NCBI GenBank assembly: GCA_903894955.1
Contig: CAITSA010000027.1
Span: forward strand, 1 to 54,044
Direction of reading: 5' to 3'
Length of the DNA stretch: 54,044 bases
From: an uncultured bacterium
GTDB taxonomy: Bacteria; Patescibacteriota; Minisyncoccia; Phycocordibacterales; UBA9973
Below are positions 40,656 to 49,766 of this stretch, piece after piece. The notes below the pieces were generated by a model. The model did no database searches and was not told where the DNA came from. It saw only the letters and a list, made by a program, of their open reading frames with translations. Numbering within the stretch: the first letter of the stretch is position 1; each line of letters begins with the position of its first letter. Both the position numbers and the translations under genes were made by a program.

Positions 40656-41309
40656 TTTAAATTCCCATTCATCGTCAATTTTTTTCTTAATAATATTTCT
40701 ATAAATTTCCACATCCATTTTCAATCCATTTCTAAATTCAAAATATCTTCTTTCACTACCCGCAACCATATCTGCAAGTTGAATCAAAACATTCTCTTTT
40801 GAATCGACAAAACGCAAATTTTGCATAATTTTCTTTTCATCAGAATTTAAGTTTTTTCTTAAATAAGTAGAAAAATTTCTTTTAAAAACTCTATCACCAC
40901 TTCCATCAATTTTTATTGATGCATTTAAAATACAGTTGTTGCTATATTTTAACAACATTTTAATAACATAACTAAAGAAAGAATTTTTGTTGTGCTTTAA
41001 TTCATTACTGTGTATTTTCCTTTTATCAACAATTAAATATCTAATCTTAAAATCAAAAGGGGTAATTGTTCTAAGAAATTTTTCTCTAATTTTTCTTTTT
41101 GAGTTATTAAATTTAAATTCAAAAGCATCAGGAAAATGTTCCTTTCTCCTCATATCTTTTATAGCAACAGCAGTTTTTTCAGCTTCAAGAAAATCATCAA
41201 ATACAACAGCTACTATTATAAAATAAATACTTGAACCTTTTTCAAGCTTAAAACCAGCATCACCAGACTCATCAATAAAAACTAAAGATTGTAAACCTTT
41301 TTTTATCAT
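40653..41309 (-). CDS. DUF3800-family protein
   Basis: 218-aa ORF with N-terminal VFIDESGD and C-terminal LIQLADMVAGS, the two DUF3800 hallmark blocks. Confidence 0.65.
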   Translation of the reverse strand: MIKKGLQSLVFIDESGDAGFKLEKGSSIYFIIVAVVFDDFLEAEKTAVAIKDMRRKEHFPDAFEFKFNNSKRKIREKFLRTITPFDFKIRYLIVDKRKIHSNELKHNKNSFFSYVIKMLLKYSNNCILNASIKIDGSGDRVFKRNFSTYLRKNLNSDEKKIMQNLRFVDSKENVLIQLADMVAGSERRYFEFRNGLKMDVEIYRNIIKKKIDDEWEFK

Positions 41310-41436
41310 AAAGTGATTTTGCCTTTTTCCCCAAGATTACAATCCCGACATAAAATAAATAAATTACTTATTTCATGTTTTTTCACTATTTTCCAGAGGA
41401 TTTTGTGATCTATATGTAATTCAATTACCATAAATT

Positions 41437-42267
41437 TTACTGCTCCACTTCGACAAACTTAAGCTCCTGTATGTTCACCAGACTCGTCAATAATACTTTT
41501 TTAACAGGATCTCGAAGGTCAGAAATTGTTACAACAACCTCAGCCAAAACATAAGGATAAATCCCTGGCATTACCACTTGATCTCCTTTTTGCAACGTAA
41601 AATCTCTAGGCAGAATCATTTCAAAATTTCCTCCACCTCGTCCGATTAATTCTAAAAAAACATCACGACCGGCTTGCCCCGCCGAGGCGGAAGACACAAC
41701 TACTTGTGTTTTCTCACCTGCACTAGAAAAGAGAGTTACTTTGGAAGAACTATCATAAGCGAGGCTCACCCGCCCGATCGGTACATTCCCCAGAGCAAAA
41801 ACGATGTCGCCTTCTTTTATTTCTTGTTTTGTGCCCGCATCAATAACGAGCGTATCGTAAATACTTTGATTTGGCTTAGATAAAATAGCCGACAAAACCA
41901 TATTTGCCCTGGAGTCTTTACCTGCCTGCGCAGGCAAGCGATTCAAAATTTCTTTCAGACTAGCATTTTCCGCTACGACAGAATCGTAATTAGAATTTCG
42001 CGCATTATTGAAATCCACCTCTGCCTGTAGTTTTTGATTTTGGTTATAAAGATAATTCTTAGAAAGAAAATACGAACCAATATTTTTAAATTTTTCACCC
42101 ACATTGTTTCCCGCAATTAAAATTGGACGAAAAATTACTTGACTCACACTAGAGAATCCATTGAAAATACCAACTCTAAAATAGAATAAAATAATTAAAA
42201 CAACAACAGAAAATGCAATGTTTAAAAACTTTTTTCTTTTTATTTTTTTATCTAGGAGGTAGCTCAT
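41437..42267 (-). CDS. mreC: Rod shape-determining protein MreC
   Basis: 276-aa ORF with an N-terminal TM segment, a coiled-coil, then beta-rich domains. It lies directly downstream of and overlapping mreB. Confidence 0.85.
   Translation of the reverse strand: MSYLLDKKIKRKKFLNIAFSVVVLIILFYFRVGIFNGFSSVSQVIFRPILIAGNNVGEKFKNIGSYFLSKNYLYNQNQKLQAEVDFNNARNSNYDSVVAENASLKEILNRLPAQAGKDSRANMVLSAILSKPNQSIYDTLVIDAGTKQEIKEGDIVFALGNVPIGRVSLAYDSSSKVTLFSSAGEKTQVVVSSASAGQAGRDVFLELIGRGGGNFEMILPRDFTLQKGDQVVMPGIYPYVLAEVVVTISDLRDPVKKVLLTSLVNIQELKFVEVEQ
41921..41938. repeat. 18-nt GC palindrome copy (CCTGCCTGCGCAGGCAAG) inside mreC
   Basis: Encodes LPAQAG(K) on the minus strand. Confidence 0.85.
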
Positions 42268-43294
42268 CTTGGTTGCCGATCAAAACATCTTTATAAAGTG
42301 GAAGATCAGCTAAAATTACCCCTGTTCCACGAGCCACAGCCGAAAGTGGATCTTCGACGACATAGACTGGAATTTTGAGAACTTTTTGTAAAAGTTGATC
42401 AAGCCCAGGAATTAAAGCTCCTCCCCCAGATAAAGTAATTCCGCGGTGCATTATGTCAGACAAAATTTCGGGTGGGGTCGTCTCCAACATATCTTTTATT
42501 CCTTCTACCAAATCCCTAATAGATAAAGAAAATGCTTCACGAATATCAGAATCGGTAACAACCACTTCCCGCGGGAGTCCAGTCAGAAGATCTCGCCCGT
42601 GAACTTCTGTTTCCATGTACTCTCCAGGGATGACTGAACCAATGGCAATTTTTACCATTTCCGCAGTTCTTTCTCCAATCAATATCTTAAATTCATCGCG
42701 CATGTATGAAATGATATCGTTGTTTAACCTATCACCAGCTATTTTTAAATTTTTTGACTTTACAATTCCACCCAAGGAAATCACAGCGATGTCTGTCGTC
42801 CCACCACCAATATCTATAACCATCGAACCCACTGGATCCTTTATGGGAAGTCTGACTCCGATAGCAGCGGCCATTGGCTCTTCCACTAAGAAAACTTCTC
42901 GGGCACCAGCAGAGCGTGCAGCATCATACACGGCCCGCGTCTCAACATTGGTGGTGCCTGAAGGTACGCCAATCAGCACTCTTGGGCGAGCTAATTTTTT
43001 AGATATTTTATCTGCTTTATTAATTAAATATGAAAGCATTTCTTCGGTTATTTCAAAATCAGAAATAACACCTTCCACTAAAGGACGAACAGCTTTGATG
43101 TGCCCCGGTGTTCGGCCGAGCATTTCTTTCGCCTGTGCACCGACCGCTAAAATTTGGTTCGTCTTAATATTTACCGCTACGACAGATGGTTCATTGATGA
43201 CAATCCCATGACCTTTTAAATACACTAAAGTATTGCTAGTACCCAAGTCGATGCCAATGTCGTTGCTAACTAATTTGTAAAATTTTTCAAACAT
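42248..43294 (-). CDS. mreB: Actin-like rod shape-determining protein MreB
   Basis: 348-aa ORF with IGIDLGTSNTLVY, DIGGGTTD and GITLSGGGA motifs. Confidence 0.95.
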   Translation of the reverse strand: MFEKFYKLVSNDIGIDLGTSNTLVYLKGHGIVINEPSVVAVNIKTNQILAVGAQAKEMLGRTPGHIKAVRPLVEGVISDFEITEEMLSYLINKADKISKKLARPRVLIGVPSGTTNVETRAVYDAARSAGAREVFLVEEPMAAAIGVRLPIKDPVGSMVIDIGGGTTDIAVISLGGIVKSKNLKIAGDRLNNDIISYMRDEFKILIGERTAEMVKIAIGSVIPGEYMETEVHGRDLLTGLPREVVVTDSDIREAFSLSIRDLVEGIKDMLETTPPEILSDIMHRGITLSGGGALIPGLDQLLQKVLKIPVYVVEDPLSAVARGTGVILADLPLYKDVLIGNQDELPPR

Positions 43295-44573
43295 TTTTTA
43301 ATATTTTTATTAATTCATCTTCCGAAACAATCTTTCCTTTTTCTTCTGTGCGTTTTTTCAACTCTATCCCTTTTCCTATCTGCGCAGGCAGGTCTTTCAA
43401 ACTACGCACTGAAACTACCGCCCTCCATGGCATCCCAAGTAAATCTGCATCCGAGAATTTCTCTCCAGCCGATAGACCAATCCGATCATCAAACAAAACT
43501 TCAACTCCAGCCTTTAATAAACTTTCATAAATTTTATCAGCTTCTTTTAAAACTGTTTCGTCATCTCCTAGTGCTAGTAGATGAACAGCAAATGGCGCAA
43601 TAGATTGCGGCCAAACTATACCCTTATCATCAGCCAAGACTTCTACCACTGTTCCCATCAACCTACCAAGTCCTATACCATAACTGCCCATGATTATTAA
43701 CTTTTCTTCCCCTTTTTCATTTTTATATTTTAAATCAAAAGGCGCTGAAAATTTTGTTCCAAGTGAAAAAATATTACCCACTTCTACGGCTCTTTTTTCT
43801 ACTAAATTTTCCTTTTTTAACTGAAGAGATTCTAATACTTCATCAGTATAAACTTCCTTGTTAACAGCAATGGCTTTGTTTTCATCAATATAAATAGTGT
43901 CTTCCCCTGCCCCTGTCAAGGTCTGAAATTCATGTGAAAATTTTGAGAAAGATCCACCTGAAGCAAAAGTCATGTATGTCAAATGCCCGATACCAACCCT
44001 CCCAAAAATACTTTTATACGCTTCTTTAGCTTTTTCGTAAAACATTTCATGTTCTCTCTCATCTTTGGAAAAAGAATAAAGCGCTTTCCAATAAAATTCT
44101 CTTCCCCTTAAAATTCCAGACTTGCTCCTTGTTTCATTTCTAAAAATATTTTTAAAATCATACGGATACAGAGGCAAGTCTTTATAAGAGTTTACATATT
44201 GCTTTAAAATATCAGAATAAGCTTCTTCATTAGTAAAAGATAAACCGACTTCTCCTCCATTTTTTAATTTTGTTTTAAACCAATTATCTACAACTGCATC
44301 ATCCCATCTATTTGATTTTTCCCAAATTTCTTTATTTTGAAGAACAGATGTTCTCATTTCTGTTCCACCAATTTTATCCATCTCTTCTCGAATTATATTT
44401 TCAATTTTTTTAAGAACCTTAAGCCCTAAAGGTAGATAACTATATACGCCGGCCATTTCCTTGTGAATAAAACCTCCACGGATAAGAAGTTCAGCATTTT
44501 TTGATGTCTCATCTGCTGGCATCTCTTTCCGTGTTTTAGTAAAAAGTTTAGATTGTCTCATACTATTAGTCAT
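43287..44573 (-). CDS. proS: Prolyl-tRNA synthetase, short form lacking the INS editing domain
   Basis: 428-aa ORF with an N-terminus typical of bacterial ProRS (MRQSKLFTKTRKE.PADETSKNAELLIRGGFIHK..AGVYSYLPLG). Class II motifs are present, and the length is too short for an INS domain. Confidence 0.88.
   Translation of the reverse strand: MTNSMRQSKLFTKTRKEMPADETSKNAELLIRGGFIHKEMAGVYSYLPLGLKVLKKIENIIREEMDKIGGTEMRTSVLQNKEIWEKSNRWDDAVVDNWFKTKLKNGGEVGLSFTNEEAYSDILKQYVNSYKDLPLYPYDFKNIFRNETRSKSGILRGREFYWKALYSFSKDEREHEMFYEKAKEAYKSIFGRVGIGHLTYMTFASGGSFSKFSHEFQTLTGAGEDTIYIDENKAIAVNKEVYTDEVLESLQLKKENLVEKRAVEVGNIFSLGTKFSAPFDLKYKNEKGEEKLIIMGSYGIGLGRLMGTVVEVLADDKGIVWPQSIAPFAVHLLALGDDETVLKEADKIYESLLKAGVEVLFDDRIGLSAGEKFSDADLLGMPWRAVVSVRSLKDLPAQIGKGIELKKRTEEKGKIVSEDELIKILKNV
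43375..43392. repeat. 18-nt GC palindrome copy (CCTATCTGCGCAGGCAGG) inside proS
   Basis: Encodes LPAQIG(K) on the minus strand. Confidence 0.8.
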
Positions 44574-44676
44574 ACTTGCATCTTACCCGAAAAAAGTCTT
44601 TTTAGCAAAGATAAACCGTCTCAGTAAAATATAAGAAATATTTGCAAAAAGACTCGCTTTCTGCTATATTATTCAT

Positions 44677-45399
44677 ATGCAAAAAGTAGAAAACAAGAAA
44701 GATGTGGATACAATTATAGAGAAAATGTTTAAGGCTGGGGCACATTATGGCTATAGTAAAACCAGAAGGCACCCTTCTGTTTCAAAGTATATATACACCA
44801 CCAAAAACAAGAGCGACATAATTAACCTTGAAAAAACAAGCTTATTATTAGACGAAGCAACTCTATTTATAAAAAATTTAGGAGCCCAAAATAAAGTTAT
44901 TCTTTTTGTTGGCACAAAGCCTGAAGCCAAAGTTGCCATAAAGAACGTAGCTGAATCTTTAAATATGCCTTACGTTGTAGAAAGATGGATTGGTGGAACA
45001 CTTTCAAATTTTACAGAAATAAAAAAGAGAATTACTGAGCTAGAAAATTATCAAAAAGATATAGAAAAAGGTGGACTTGATAAATATACCAAAAAAGAAA
45101 GAGTGGTTATGGCAAAGAAAATGGAAAAATTAGCAAGATATTATACTGGCTTATTAGGTCTAAAAAAGGCGCCAGATGCACTTTTTGTTATAGACGCAAA
45201 AAATGAACACATCGCAACCAACGAAGCTAGAAAATCTGGTATTACCGTAGTTTCTTTGGTAAATTCTGATTCGAACATAAAAGGAATTGATTACCCTATC
45301 ATTGCAAATGATTCAGGAATACCATCTATCAAATTTTTCGCTAACGCTATTATAGATGCTTATAAAGAAGGCCAAAGCTCTACACTAGAAAAAAAATAA
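44677..45399 (+). CDS. rpsB: 30S ribosomal protein S2
   Basis: 240-aa ORF. KAGAHYGYSKTRRHPSVSKYIY and the rpsB-tsf gene order. Confidence 0.95.
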   Translation: MQKVENKKDVDTIIEKMFKAGAHYGYSKTRRHPSVSKYIYTTKNKSDIINLEKTSLLLDEATLFIKNLGAQNKVILFVGTKPEAKVAIKNVAESLNMPYVVERWIGGTLSNFTEIKKRITELENYQKDIEKGGLDKYTKKERVVMAKKMEKLARYYTGLLGLKKAPDALFVIDAKNEHIATNEARKSGITVVSLVNSDSNIKGIDYPIIANDSGIPSIKFFANAIIDAYKEGQSSTLEKK

Positions 45400-45404
45400 T
45401 ATTT

Positions 45405-46202
45405 ATGTCAATTCAAATCACTACAGAGCAAGTAAAAGAGCTCCGAGATGCAACTGGTATTTCAGTGATGCAATGCAAGCGTGCCCTCATTGAGGCTGAA
45501 GGAGATATGAAAAAAGCTCTCGCTATTTTAAAAAAATCAAGCTCAGACATTGCACTTAAAAAAGCTGATAGATCTTTAAATAGTGGCTCAGTCATGATAA
45601 AAACTGAAAACCTGCCTGCGCAGACAGGTAAAAAAGCTGTTTTAGTGGGTTTACTCTGCGAAACCGATTTCGTTGCTAAAAATGAAGACTTTTTAAATTT
45701 ACTGGAAAATCTTCTTAACAAAACCTTAAAAGAAGGAGTAGGAAAAATGAAGGCAGAGGCTAAAGAGCTAATTGACCCCATAATTCAAAAGACTGGCGAA
45801 AATATTCAATTAGGTGATGTATATGAAGTATCTGGAGAAGTATTGGGGATTTATGTGCATAATAATAAATCTGGGGTTATTGTTAGCCTAGAGGGTGGAA
45901 ATGCAGAGCTTGCAAAAGACATTGCGATGCATATAACCGCCATGAAACCAGAATACATAAAAGAAGATGAGATCAGCGAGGATGCCAGAAAAACAATGAA
46001 GGAAGTTTTTGAAAAAGAAGTTGCTAGCGTAGACAAACCTGCAGAAATAAAAGAAAAAATGCTTCTTGGGAAGATGACAACCTACTTCAAAGAAAAAACT
46101 CTAATGAATCAAGCATTTATAAAAAATGGAGAGGAGACAGTCGGAAAACTTTTAGAAAAAGCCGGAGCAAAAATCAAAGAAGTTAAGGTTTGTTCAATAT
46201 AA
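45405..46202 (+). CDS. tsf: Translation elongation factor Ts
   Basis: 265-aa ORF with the N-terminal UBA-like ITTEQVKELRDATGISVMQCKRALIEAEGDMKKAL and CETDFVAKNEDF. Confidence 0.93.
   Translation: MSIQITTEQVKELRDATGISVMQCKRALIEAEGDMKKALAILKKSSSDIALKKADRSLNSGSVMIKTENLPAQTGKKAVLVGLLCETDFVAKNEDFLNLLENLLNKTLKEGVGKMKAEAKELIDPIIQKTGENIQLGDVYEVSGEVLGIYVHNNKSGVIVSLEGGNAELAKDIAMHITAMKPEYIKEDEISEDARKTMKEVFEKEVASVDKPAEIKEKMLLGKMTTYFKEKTLMNQAFIKNGEETVGKLLEKAGAKIKEVKVCSI
45611..45628. repeat. 18-nt GC palindrome copy (CCTGCCTGCGCAGACAGG) inside tsf
   Basis: Encodes LPAQTG(K) on the plus strand. Confidence 0.85.
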
Positions 46203-46216
46203 TAAGATAAAAAATT

Positions 46217-46624
46217 ATGTATTTTCTTTTAATTTTGTTTTTTAGTTCACTTATTGGAATTACTTTTATGATCGGTAATAAGCTCTTGATGCTCCAAAAT
46301 GGACAAATGACCTATGAGGAGAGTGCAGAAACTTTCTTAAAAGCTCAACATTTAGAAGAATTAAAGCATTCAGCTATAAAAACAATCAAAAAATACAGTT
46401 ATGCTGGGCTAGTAGCAACAATTAGATTTTATTTTCGGGGAATATTCTTTTTGAAAAAAAAATATCAGGAAATAAAAATTAAAGTAAAAAGTATGCATAA
46501 TAAAAATCCAATTAAAGATTCTGAAAACAAACAAGAAATTTCCAAATTCTTAAAAATCATTTCCGAATATAAACAAAAGATTAGAGCGATAAAACACCGA
46601 ATAAAAGAAGAAGAAAATTTGTAA
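46217..46624 (+). CDS. Small membrane-anchored basic protein of unknown function
   Basis: 135-aa ORF with an N-terminal TM helix and a Lys-rich remainder. Confidence 0.5.
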   Translation: MYFLLILFFSSLIGITFMIGNKLLMLQNGQMTYEESAETFLKAQHLEELKHSAIKTIKKYSYAGLVATIRFYFRGIFFLKKKYQEIKIKVKSMHNKNPIKDSENKQEISKFLKIISEYKQKIRAIKHRIKEEENL

Positions 46625-46636
46625 AAAATAACGCTG

Positions 46637-46709
46637 AGCCGGCACGAGGGATCGAACCCCGGACATTTCGCTTACAAAGCGAATGCTCTACCAACTGAGC
46701 TATGCCGGC
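46637..46709 (-). tRNA. tRNA-Thr (anticodon UGU)
   Basis: Manual cloverleaf on the reverse complement: GCCGGCA-TA-GCTC-AGTTGGTA-GAGC-A-TTCGC-TTTGTAA-GCGAA-ATGTC-CGGGG-TTCGATC-CCTCG-TGCCGGC-T. Confidence 0.92.
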
Positions 46710-46827
46710 TTACTGTCTTTTAGATTAGCATATATTACTCCAAAATCAAAATACTATTTAAAAAAAATAAATAAGTTTTATCCCTTGCAGACCATCATAT
46801 ACCCATTGGTTGTGGTATACTTAAGGA

Positions 46828-47247
46828 ATGAAAAATTTAAGATTTTGTGCTGGATGTGGAACTCAACTTTTAGTTAGACATAAAATAAAATTTTGTTCAA
46901 ATAAATGCCAGTGCGATTTGGAATATAGGGAAAATGTTGATTTGTGGAAGAAAGGAAAACTAAGCGGTGGAGTTGGAATAACTGCAAGAAATTTATCAAA
47001 CTGGCTTAGAAAATATTTGATTAAAAAATATGATAACAAGTGTTCTGTCTGCGGATGGAACAAAAAACACCCCCTAACGGGTGTGGTCCCACTTGAAGTG
47101 GATCATATCGACGGTAATTCAGAAAATAATAAAGAAGGCAACTTAAGATTATTGTGCCCAAATTGCCACGCATTAACACCTTATTATAAAAATATGAATA
47201 AAGGGAAAGGAAGAAAATGGAGAATGAAAAAATATATTAGAAATTAG
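46828..47247 (+). CDS. HNH endonuclease
   Basis: 139-aa ORF with an N-terminal Cys cluster (CAGCG...C..KC). The HNH core is CSVCGW...LEVDHIDGNSENNKEGNLRLLCPNCHAL. Confidence 0.8.
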   Translation: MKNLRFCAGCGTQLLVRHKIKFCSNKCQCDLEYRENVDLWKKGKLSGGVGITARNLSNWLRKYLIKKYDNKCSVCGWNKKHPLTGVVPLEVDHIDGNSENNKEGNLRLLCPNCHALTPYYKNMNKGKGRKWRMKKYIRN

Positions 47248-47254
47248 AAGCGAA

Positions 47255-47283
47255 GATCCTCAGTTCGAATCTGAGAGGCGGCT
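47255..47283 (+). other. Orphan tRNA 3'-half-like fragment (T arm plus acceptor 3' strand)
   Basis: CTCAG-TTCGAAT-CTGAG followed by AGGCGGC-T. No matching GCCGCCT 5' acceptor strand was found upstream. Confidence 0.4.
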
Positions 47284-47306
47284 CAAAGAATATCTAAATT
47301 TAGCAG

Positions 47307-47993
47307 TTAGTTTTTCTTTGCTGGTAGTGATGATGATGTCCCTTGAAGCTTAAAGGACTCCTTAATTCGAGATTCTAGATCATTTAAATCATGGAAACCA
47401 GTTAAGACATTGTCATCTATAACTAACGCCGGGAGTGCGGTATCTTTTATTTTATAAATTTGGAGCATTGAGGTAATAGCTGAAAGGTCAGTACTATAAT
47501 CAAAAGAATAAACACGAAGTTCTGGATATTCAGTACGTAGAGCTGAGAGGACTAAGCTTTCCTCTTGACACAAACTACAATTAGCCGCGGTGGTATAAAA
47601 ATAAAGAATAAAGGCAGACTTTACCCCACAACGCGTAGAAATCTTTCTGGCTAATAAATAATCTTTAATTTGTAGTAATGAGTAATATTTTCTTAAATAA
47701 GAAACTTCATCCGTAGCACCTAAATTTTCTTGACTCCAAGCTAGTTTGTTTCCTAGTTCTCCTAATTCACTAGAAAAAACAGAATCAGAAATATTTTTAC
47801 AAGAGAGTTCGGAAAGTAAAGAGAACTGAGTTTCAGAAGAGAGAATATCAATTGCTATTTTGTCTTGAATAGTTTTTAATTGATTGATCTTTTGATTGCC
47901 AAAATAATTACTTAAGTAACTAGCGCAAACAAAAAGACCTACGGTAATTAAAAAAACAATTAAATATTTTTTCCAATCAATATTGTTATTCAT
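47307..47993 (-). CDS. Membrane-anchored thioredoxin-fold-like protein (CxxC)
   Basis: 228-aa ORF with an N-terminal TM segment. CSLCQEE is followed by a beta-alpha pattern (LRVYSFDY...LPALVIDD). Confidence 0.5.
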   Translation of the reverse strand: MNNNIDWKKYLIVFLITVGLFVCASYLSNYFGNQKINQLKTIQDKIAIDILSSETQFSLLSELSCKNISDSVFSSELGELGNKLAWSQENLGATDEVSYLRKYYSLLQIKDYLLARKISTRCGVKSAFILYFYTTAANCSLCQEESLVLSALRTEYPELRVYSFDYSTDLSAITSMLQIYKIKDTALPALVIDDNVLTGFHDLNDLESRIKESFKLQGTSSSLPAKKN

Positions 47994-48000
47994 GAATTTC

Positions 48001-49266
48001 TTAAAAATTACTATTAACCCCCTGTCTCCAGTCAGGCTTTCTCTGTAAAATAGTATTATAAATTCCTTTTAAGAGTCCCAAGGGGGCGATCACCATAAAA
48101 ACTGGGAAAAAGTAGAGCATTTTATAAGAAAATAGTTTTTTTTCTTTGCTCATTTTACGTCCGAAAATTATTCCAAAAATAACTAAAACAGAGATGATCA
48201 AAGAAAGAAAAACAAGGGACTGAACGTTTATAAAAAATGGATCAAAAATAAAATTTTTAAGTTTAAAACTAAAACCAATTATTTTGTATTGAATAATTTT
48301 TAAATAAATAAAATTACCCAAATTATAAATCATTTTCCCAAAAAGGTAACTAACAGAAATAACTGAAACAGCCGCTAGGGGCAAGGTAAAGGTGGCAAAA
48401 TTGCCATATTTTTTACGAAAAATAACATCTCGATAATCGATTGAGTTGTTGATAAAACCATAGATCCAACGAAGTCTCTGGCCAAAAAGTTTCCTAAAGG
48501 TTTGAGGAGTGTTGGTGTGTACGAATGCATCATTACAATGATCTATCTTATAACCATTCTTCTGCATGCGAAAAGCCATTTCCATATCTTCGGTATTGTG
48601 ACCATTACGATAATAACCCAAATCATCAAAAACTTTTTTACGGAAAATTGTCAAAGGACCGGGCGTAACATTGATTGCGCCCAAAAATCCAAGCATTTTT
48701 TTAAGATAAACGCCCATATGATATTCTACTTTTTGTGCATTTTGAATAATATTTTTTGGATCTTCAACAAGCAAAGAAGGAGCTACAGCCATAACCTTAG
48801 GATCTTTTTCAAAATAACTCATAATGCGAACAAGTGATTCTCTATCTGCAAAAGAATCAGCATCCAAACATCCAAAAAAATCAGTCTCAGAATTTTTTAG
48901 CCCCAAATTAACTGCTGTGTATTTTCCACCATTTTCTTTATGAAAAATTTTTATATTCTCATAGGCTGTAAATTCATTTATAACATTCAAGGTATTGTCT
49001 GTGGATCCATCGTCCACCAGAAATATTTTAAGTTTATCTTGAGGATAATTTAAATTTAAAAGTGATTGTACTGTCCTCTCAACAGTAGTTTCCTCGTTCC
49101 AACAAGGAACCGTAATGGTCACTGATGGATAATCTTTTAATTTAATTATTCCATCTCTTACTACTATTTTTTTCCTATTTTCTAGAAAAGTAACAAAATA
49201 AAATACTTGTCCGTAAACAGACAAAAACACCAAAATATAGAAAATAATATCAAAAATTGAAGTCAT
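48001..49266 (-). CDS. Processive family-2 glycosyltransferase (membrane-embedded; cellulose/chitin/PNAG-synthase-like)
   Basis: VTITVPCWNEE, LVDDGSTD, CLDADS and Q(R)LRW (FGQRLRWIYG), plus N- and C-terminal TM helices. The likely start is MTSIFDII at 49266 (the track ORF extends to 49323). Confidence 0.8.
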   Translation of the reverse strand: MTSIFDIIFYILVFLSVYGQVFYFVTFLENRKKIVVRDGIIKLKDYPSVTITVPCWNEETTVERTVQSLLNLNYPQDKLKIFLVDDGSTDNTLNVINEFTAYENIKIFHKENGGKYTAVNLGLKNSETDFFGCLDADSFADRESLVRIMSYFEKDPKVMAVAPSLLVEDPKNIIQNAQKVEYHMGVYLKKMLGFLGAINVTPGPLTIFRKKVFDDLGYYRNGHNTEDMEMAFRMQKNGYKIDHCNDAFVHTNTPQTFRKLFGQRLRWIYGFINNSIDYRDVIFRKKYGNFATFTLPLAAVSVISVSYLFGKMIYNLGNFIYLKIIQYKIIGFSFKLKNFIFDPFFINVQSLVFLSLIISVLVIFGIIFGRKMSKEKKLFSYKMLYFFPVFMVIAPLGLLKGIYNTILQRKPDWRQGVNSNF

Positions 49267-49357
49267 ATAATTCGCCTTAATATAGCATTTCCTGACTAAA
49301 ATGTAAATAACCCAATCGCCCACAAACGACAGGGTTATTTAACAAAATGCATGTAGA

Positions 49358-49642
49358 CTAAACCTTTCCTTCCTTGTTTTCTACGGCACAACAATTAGCT
49401 TTTGCCTCCTTACACTTCTGGCAACAACAACCAAAAATTCCCCAAATTGCTGCAATGCCCACCAGCACATAAATTATGGCTTCGACAATTGGAAGAGAAC
49501 CAAAAATTATTTTCACAACATTCCAATTACTATTCATCAACATTCCAATACCAACTAAACCCCAATTCAAACCTCCTATAATCAATAATATTTTGGCAAT
49601 CTTTTTCCCAATACAACATCCTGCACATTGTTTATTACACAT
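49358..49642 (-). CDS. DUF378-like small membrane protein with Cys-rich termini
   Basis: 94-aa ORF with LIIGGLNWGLVG (DUF378 signature). The termini are MCNKQCAGCC and CCCQKCKEAKANCC. Confidence 0.65.
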   Translation of the reverse strand: MCNKQCAGCCIGKKIAKILLIIGGLNWGLVGIGMLMNSNWNVVKIIFGSLPIVEAIIYVLVGIAAIWGIFGCCCQKCKEAKANCCAVENKEGKV

Positions 49643-49766
49643 ATATTTTTGTTGCCCTGCTAAAACTTCAGCACAGGCAAATCAATTAAATTAATAATGT
49701 ATTAATTATATCATATTTCTAAAATATGCTATAATAGCACATTACAAATTATAACCAATAAAAGAT

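Noticed and set aside
40470-40802. ORFs of 110 aa (+) and 76 aa (-) spanning the tgt/DUF3800 intergenic region.
   Set aside because: They cross a strong bidirectional terminator and the promoter-like element. The region is better explained as non-coding.
42615-43211. 198-aa + strand ORF.
   Set aside because: It is entirely antisense to the strongly supported mreB gene and has a Ser/Pro/Thr-rich composition. It is a shadow ORF.
46683-46877. 64-aa + strand ORF.
   Set aside because: It begins inside the antisense of tRNA-Thr and runs through an AT-rich spacer into the HNH gene start. There is no coding signal.
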